This document shows positions 25,938-32,000 of a stretch of DNA of 32,000 bases, in pieces. Where the stretch lies: the NCBI RefSeq assembly GCF_001457615.1, contig NZ_LN831024.1:300001-332000 (forward strand), given 5' to 3'. Below the pieces are notes generated by a model. It saw only the letters and a program-made list of their open reading frames with translations. It made no database searches and had not been told where the DNA came from. This DNA comes from Pseudomonas aeruginosa (lineage in GTDB: Bacteria; Pseudomonadota; Gammaproteobacteria; Pseudomonadales; Pseudomonadaceae). Numbering within the stretch: the stretch's first letter is position 1; every line of letters begins with the position of its first letter. The translations under genes were made by a program, and so were the position numbers.

Positions 25938-27296
25938 ATGACTACCAAGTTAGACCAGCTGACCAGCTGGCTGAAGGAACGCAAGATCACCGAAGTGGAA
26001 TGCCTGATTTCCGATCTGACAGGCATCGCCCGCGGCAAGATCTCGCCGACCAACAAATTCATCGCGGAAAAGGGCATGCGCCTGCCGGAGAGCGTTCTGC
26101 TGCAGACCGTCACCGGCGACTACGTGGAAGACGACATTTACTACGACCTGCTCGACCCGGCCGACATCGATATGGTCTGCCGCCCGGACGAGAATGCCGT
26201 GTTCCTCGTCCCCTGGGCCATCGAGCCCACCGCGATGGTGATCCACGACACCTTCGACAAGCTCGGCAATCCCATCGAGCTGTCGCCGCGCAACATCCTC
26301 AAGCGCGTGTTGAAGATGTATGCCGACAAGGGCTGGCGGCCGATCGTGGCGCCAGAGATGGAGTTCTACCTGACCAAGCGCAGCGACGACCCCGACTATC
26401 CGTTGCAGGCCCCGGTGGGCCGCTCCGGACGCCAGGAAACCGGGCGTCAGTCGTTCTCCATCGACGCCGCCAACGAGTTCGACCCGCTGTTCGAGGACAT
26501 GTACGACTGGTGCGAGGCCCAGGGCCTTGACCTGGATACGCTGATCCACGAGGAAGGCACCGCGCAGATGGAGATCAACTTCCGTCATGGCGACGCCCTC
26601 GACCTGGCCGACCAGATCCTGGTGTTCAAGCGCACCATGCGCGAGGCCGCGCTCAAGCACAACGTCGCCGCGACCTTCATGGCCAAGCCGATGACCGGCG
26701 AGCCGGGCAGCGCGATGCACCTGCACCAGAGCATCGTCGACGTGAAGACCGGCAAGAACATCTTCTCCAATGCCGACGGCACCATGAGCGAGCTGTTCCT
26801 GCACCATATCGGCGGCCTGCAGAAGTTCATCCCGGAAGTGCTGCCGCTGTTCGCGCCCAACGTGAACTCGTTCCGCCGCTTCCTGCCCGATACCTCGGCG
26901 CCGGTGAACGTCGAGTGGGGCGAAGAGAACCGTACCGTCGGCCTGCGCGTGCCGGACTCCAGCCCGGAGAACCGCCGGGTCGAGAACCGTCTCGCCGGCG
27001 CCGACGCCAACCCTTACCTGGCGCTGGCTGCCAGCCTGCTGTGCGGCTACATCGGCATGGTCGAAGGCATCAAGCCGAGCGCCCAGGTCAAAGGTCGCGG
27101 CTATGAACGCCGCAACCTGCGCCTGCCGCTGACGATCGAAGCGGCGCTGGAGCGCATGGAGAACTGCAAGCCCCTCGAGCAGTATCTCGGCAGCAAGTTC
27201 ATCAGCGGCTACGTCGCGGTGAAGCGTGCGGAGCACGAGAATTTCAAGCGGGTAATCAGCTCCTGGGAGCGGGAATTCCTCCTGCTTTCCGTTTGA
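25938..27296 (+). CDS. spuB: Glutamine-synthetase-like gamma-glutamylpolyamine synthetase, 452 aa
   Basis: GS-family sequence (TFMAKPMTGEPGSAMHLHQSIVD, RVENRLAGADANPYLALAASLLCGYIGM). Confidence 0.95.
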   Translation: MTTKLDQLTSWLKERKITEVECLISDLTGIARGKISPTNKFIAEKGMRLPESVLLQTVTGDYVEDDIYYDLLDPADIDMVCRPDENAVFLVPWAIEPTAMVIHDTFDKLGNPIELSPRNILKRVLKMYADKGWRPIVAPEMEFYLTKRSDDPDYPLQAPVGRSGRQETGRQSFSIDAANEFDPLFEDMYDWCEAQGLDLDTLIHEEGTAQMEINFRHGDALDLADQILVFKRTMREAALKHNVAATFMAKPMTGEPGSAMHLHQSIVDVKTGKNIFSNADGTMSELFLHHIGGLQKFIPEVLPLFAPNVNSFRRFLPDTSAPVNVEWGEENRTVGLRVPDSSPENRRVENRLAGADANPYLALAASLLCGYIGMVEGIKPSAQVKGRGYERRNLRLPLTIEAALERMENCKPLEQYLGSKFISGYVAVKRAEHENFKRVISSWEREFLLLSV

Positions 27297-27361
27297 TCCT
27301 GACCGGGGGCGGCCGGCGTGGTCCGCCGCTCCCGGACAGTCTTGAATAGAAGAGGTGTGAC

Positions 27362-28732
27362 ATGAACAGCCAAATCACCAACGCCAAGACCCGTGAGTGG
27401 CAGGCGTTGAGCCGCGACCACCATCTGCCGCCGTTCACCGACTACAAGCAGTTGAACGAGAAGGGCGCGCGGATCATCACCAAGGCCGAAGGCGTCTATA
27501 TCTGGGACAGCGAGGGCAACAAGATCCTCGATGCGATGGCCGGCCTCTGGTGCGTCAACGTCGGCTACGGCCGCGAGGAGCTGGTCCAGGCCGCCACCCG
27601 GCAGATGCGCGAGTTGCCGTTCTACAACCTGTTCTTCCAGACCGCCCACCCGCCGGTGGTCGAGCTGGCCAAGGCGATCGCCGACGTCGCTCCGGAAGGC
27701 ATGAACCACGTGTTCTTCACCGGCTCCGGCTCCGAGGCCAACGACACCGTGCTGCGTATGGTCCGCCACTATTGGGCGACCAAGGGCCAGCCGCAGAAGA
27801 AAGTGGTGATCGGCCGCTGGAACGGCTACCACGGCTCCACCGTCGCCGGCGTCAGCCTGGGCGGCATGAAGGCGTTGCATGAGCAGGGTGATTTCCCCAT
27901 CCCGGGCATCGTCCACATCGCCCAGCCCTACTGGTACGGCGAGGGCGGCGACATGTCGCCGGACGAGTTCGGCGTCTGGGCCGCCGAGCAGCTGGAGAAG
28001 AAGATTCTCGAAGTGGGCGAGGAAAACGTCGCCGCCTTCATCGCCGAGCCGATCCAGGGCGCCGGCGGCGTGATCGTCCCGCCGGACACCTACTGGCCGA
28101 AGATCCGCGAGATCCTCGCCAAGTACGACATCCTGTTCATCGCCGACGAAGTGATCTGCGGCTTCGGCCGTACCGGCGAGTGGTTCGGCAGCCAGTACTA
28201 CGGCAACGCCCCGGACCTGATGCCGATCGCCAAGGGCCTCACCTCCGGCTACATCCCCATGGGCGGGGTGGTGGTGCGCGACGAGATCGTCGAAGTGCTC
28301 AACCAGGGCGGCGAGTTCTACCACGGCTTCACCTATTCCGGTCACCCGGTGGCGGCCGCCGTGGCCCTGGAGAACATCCGCATCCTGCGCGAAGAGAAGA
28401 TCATCGAGAAGGTGAAGGCGGAAACGGCACCGTATTTGCAGAAACGCTGGCAGGAGCTGGCCGACCACCCGTTGGTGGGCGAAGCGCGCGGGGTCGGCAT
28501 GGTCGCCGCCCTGGAGCTGGTCAAGAACAAGAAGACCCGCGAGCGTTTCACCGACAAGGGCGTCGGGATGCTGTGCCGGGAACATTGTTTCCGCAACGGT
28601 TTGATCATGCGCGCGGTGGGCGACACTATGATTATCTCGCCGCCGCTGGTGATCGATCCGTCGCAGATCGATGAGTTGATCACCCTGGCGCGCAAGTGCC
28701 TCGATCAGACCGCCGCCGCCGTCCTGGCTTGA
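27362..28732 (+). CDS. spuC: Class III aminotransferase, polyamine:pyruvate transaminase, 456 aa
   Basis: DEVICGFGRTGEWFG and PIAKGLTSGYIPMGGVVV PLP-site context. Confidence 0.96.
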   Translation: MNSQITNAKTREWQALSRDHHLPPFTDYKQLNEKGARIITKAEGVYIWDSEGNKILDAMAGLWCVNVGYGREELVQAATRQMRELPFYNLFFQTAHPPVVELAKAIADVAPEGMNHVFFTGSGSEANDTVLRMVRHYWATKGQPQKKVVIGRWNGYHGSTVAGVSLGGMKALHEQGDFPIPGIVHIAQPYWYGEGGDMSPDEFGVWAAEQLEKKILEVGEENVAAFIAEPIQGAGGVIVPPDTYWPKIREILAKYDILFIADEVICGFGRTGEWFGSQYYGNAPDLMPIAKGLTSGYIPMGGVVVRDEIVEVLNQGGEFYHGFTYSGHPVAAAVALENIRILREEKIIEKVKAETAPYLQKRWQELADHPLVGEARGVGMVAALELVKNKKTRERFTDKGVGMLCREHCFRNGLIMRAVGDTMIISPPLVIDPSQIDELITLARKCLDQTAAAVLA

Positions 28733-28782
28733 GTCCCTGAGCGGACTTTTGCCAGACTGCGCCAGTGCGTTGGCCAGGCTCA

Positions 28783-28818
28783 CCGGGTGGTGACGCGATC
28801 GGTTGCGCCACCGCCCGG
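28783..28818 (+). repeat. Hairpin in the spuC-spuD intercistronic gap
   Basis: CCGGGTGGTG(28783-28792)...CACCGCCCGG(28809-28818), 10-bp stem with one G-U pair, 29 nt upstream of the spuD start. Confidence 0.55.
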
Positions 28819-28847
28819 ATACTTCAACAAAAATGGAGCTACCCCGC

Positions 28848-29951
28848 ATGATGAAACGTTTCGGTAAGACCCTGCTCGCCCTGACCTTGGCGGGCTCTGT
28901 GGCCGGTATGGCGCAGGCTGCGGACAACAAGGTGCTGCACGTGTACAACTGGTCCGACTACATCGCGCCGGACACCCTGGAGAAGTTCACCAAGGAAACT
29001 GGGATCAAGGTCGTCTACGACGTCTACGACAGCAACGAAGTGCTGGAAGCCAAGTTGCTGGCGGGCAAGTCCGGGTACGACGTGGTGGTGCCGTCCAACT
29101 CCTTCCTCGCCAAGCAGATCAAGGCCGGGGTCTACCAGAAACTCGACAAGTCCAAGCTGCCGAACTGGAAGAACCTGAACAAGGACCTGATGCACACCCT
29201 GGAAGTCAGCGACCCGGGCAACGAGCATGCGATTCCCTACATGTGGGGCACCATCGGCATCGGCTACAACCCGGACAAGGTCAAGGCGGCCTTCGGCGAC
29301 AACGCGCCGGTGGATTCCTGGGACCTGGTATTCAAGCCGGAGAACATCCAGAAGCTGAAGCAGTGCGGCGTCAGCTTCCTCGACTCGCCGACCGAGATCC
29401 TCCCGGCGGCCCTGCATTATCTCGGCTACAAGCCGGACACCGACAATCCCAAGGAACTCAAGGCGGCCGAAGAGCTGTTCCTGAAGATCCGTCCCTACGT
29501 CACCTACTTCCACTCGTCGAAGTACATTTCCGACCTGGCCAACGGCAACATCTGCGTCGCCATCGGCTACTCCGGCGACATCTACCAGGCCAAGTCCCGC
29601 GCCGAAGAGGCGAAGAACAAGGTCACCGTCAAGTACAACATTCCCAAGGAAGGCGCCGGCAGCTTCTTCGACATGGTCGCCATTCCGAAGGACGCCGAGA
29701 ACACCGAGGGCGCCCTGGCCTTCGTCAACTTCCTGATGAAGCCGGAAATCATGGCCGAGATCACCGACGTGGTTCAGTTCCCCAACGGCAACGCGGCGGC
29801 CACCCCGCTGGTGTCCGAGGCGATCCGCAACGACCCGGGCATCTACCCGAGCGAAGAGGTCATGAAGAAGCTGTATACCTTCCCCGACCTGCCGGCCAAG
29901 ACCCAGCGGGCGATGACCCGCAGCTGGACCAAGATCAAGTCCGGCAAGTGA
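28848..29951 (+). CDS. spuD: Putrescine-type periplasmic binding protein, 367 aa
   Basis: Signal peptide, [40 protein letters not shown]; spu gene order. Confidence 0.96.
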
Positions 29952-29963
29952 TCCGCGAGGAGC

Positions 29964-29986
29964 CCGGCGGCGCCTGAAGCCGCCGG
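29964..29986 (+). terminator. Stem-loop just after spuD (likely partial attenuator / processing signal, no U-tract)
   Basis: CCGGCGGC(29964-29971)-gcctgaa-GCCGCCGG(29979-29986), 12 nt after the stop codon. Confidence 0.55.
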
Positions 29987-30011
29987 CGCTCCGGCACGAG
30001 AGAACCGGAAC

Positions 30012-30036
30012 GCGGCCGGGTTTCCTCCGGCCACGC
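30012..30036 (+). repeat. Second stem-loop in the spuD-spuE gap
   Basis: GCGGCCGG-gtttcct-CCGGCCaCGC: GGCCGG/CCGGCC core with bulged GC extension. Confidence 0.5.
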
Positions 30037-30345
30037 TCCCCTGCGAAGAGGTTCGACTCTTTTGCCCGTTCGTCCAGACGCTTCCTCCTGGGGGCCCGAC
30101 GACCGGACGCAGTATCGACGACGAAGACGCTGCCATGGGCGCTGCGCCAATCTGCCGCGCCGGGGCCGGTCGTGTCGCTCGCACCGGGGCCGAGGGCCCG
30201 GAAAACCTGAAACCAACACGCCGGTAGGGAACCCAGCTCACTCATGTTTCCCGGCGGAATCGTCGGGTTGTCATGAAACCCGAGTGATCTGGGCTTACAT
30301 CGGCACTTGAAGAACACGGGTCGAACAGGCAGGGTGCTGCCGTGA

Positions 30346-31467
<1,122 letters not shown>

Positions 31468-31521
31468 GTTCAAATTCCGCCCGGTAGCGTGACCGGGCTC
31501 AACGACTTGGGAGTTGTGGTA

Positions 31522-32000
31522 ATGGCGATAGCCTCCGGTGCCTACAAGAAAGCCCTAGAGGGCAACCAGCAGCCGAAAGAGGTGCTGGTAAAGATCGACC
31601 GGGTAACCAAGCAGTTCGACGAGACGCTGGCGGTGGACACCGTGTCCCTGACCATCAACAAGGGCGAGATCTTCGCCCTGCTCGGCGGCTCCGGTTCGGG
31701 TAAATCCACCCTGTTGCGCATGCTCGCCGGTTTCGAGCGGCCCACCGAGGGGCGGATCTTCCTCGATGGCCAGGACATCACCGACCTGCCGCCCTACGAG
31801 CGGCCGATCAATATGATGTTCCAGTCCTATGCGCTGTTCCCGCACATGAGCGTGGCGCAGAACATCGCCTTCGGCCTCAAGCAGGACGGCCTGCCCAAGG
31901 CCGAGATCGACGAGCGCGTGGCCGAGATGCTCAAGCTGGTGCACATGACCCAGTACGCCAAGCGCAAGCCGCACCAGCTCTCCGGCGGCCAGCGCCAGCG
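31522..32000 (+). CDS. spuF: Polyamine ABC transporter ATPase, 5' part (continues beyond window)
   Basis: MAIASGAYKKALEGNQQPKEVLVKIDRVTKQFDE, Walker A LLGGSGSGKST, Q-loop MMFQSYALFPHM, signature LSGGQ at the right edge. Confidence 0.95.
   Translation, partial: MAIASGAYKKALEGNQQPKEVLVKIDRVTKQFDETLAVDTVSLTINKGEIFALLGGSGSGKSTLLRMLAGFERPTEGRIFLDGQDITDLPPYERPINMMFQSYALFPHMSVAQNIAFGLKQDGLPKAEIDERVAEMLKLVHMTQYAKRKPHQLSGGQRQ

Noticed and set aside
27209-28948. 579-aa minus-strand ORF opposite spuC
   Set aside because: Antisense shadow, biased composition; spuC motifs are clear on the plus strand.
30062-30310. 82-aa ORF in the spuD-spuE gap
   Set aside because: Arg/Cys/Gly-rich, lacks a convincing SD or known fold; kept only as part of the gap observation, not called as CDS.

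Overview
The window looks like ordinary Pseudomonas-type core chromosome (high GC, recognisable as the P. aeruginosa PA0274-PA0302 neighbourhood by gene content and order; this is recall, not a search). Left to right it contains: a partial exported protein, a Crp/Fnr-type regulator, an Mpo1/DUF962-like membrane protein, an M48 lipoprotein protease, a TauE/SafE permease, an ArsR-like regulator, the sulfate uptake block (cysA, cysW, cysT, sbp, oscA-like), a PAS-GGDEF-EAL protein, an acyl-lipid desaturase (desA), the guanidinopropionate genes (gpuP, gpuA, gpuR), a PAS-GGDEF cyclase, the porin gene oprE, the agmatine genes (aguA, aguB, aguR), an orphan polyamine-type binding protein, and the polyamine genes spuI / spuA-spuB-spuC-spuD-spuE-spuF(partial). 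I see no tRNA or rRNA gene, CRISPR array, transposase, integrase or defence island, and no convincing wholly new system. The less obvious signals are intergenic: (1) an unlisted 21-codon ORF with a good Shine-Dalgarno and a Cys-Ser-Cys motif between oscA and sbp, a candidate sulfur-responsive leader peptide; (2) a 16-nt inverted operator-like pair whose distal arm is embedded in the last codons of aguR; (3) a 16-nt-arm inverted repeat upstream of spuA ending in PuuR-like TGAACA; (4) a 59-nt long hairpin downstream of spuI; (5) a long structured and AT-rich oprE upstream region with a sigma54-like element; (6) a structured 418-nt gap between the spuD and spuE paralogues; (7) a perfect 9-bp inverted repeat upstream of oscA.
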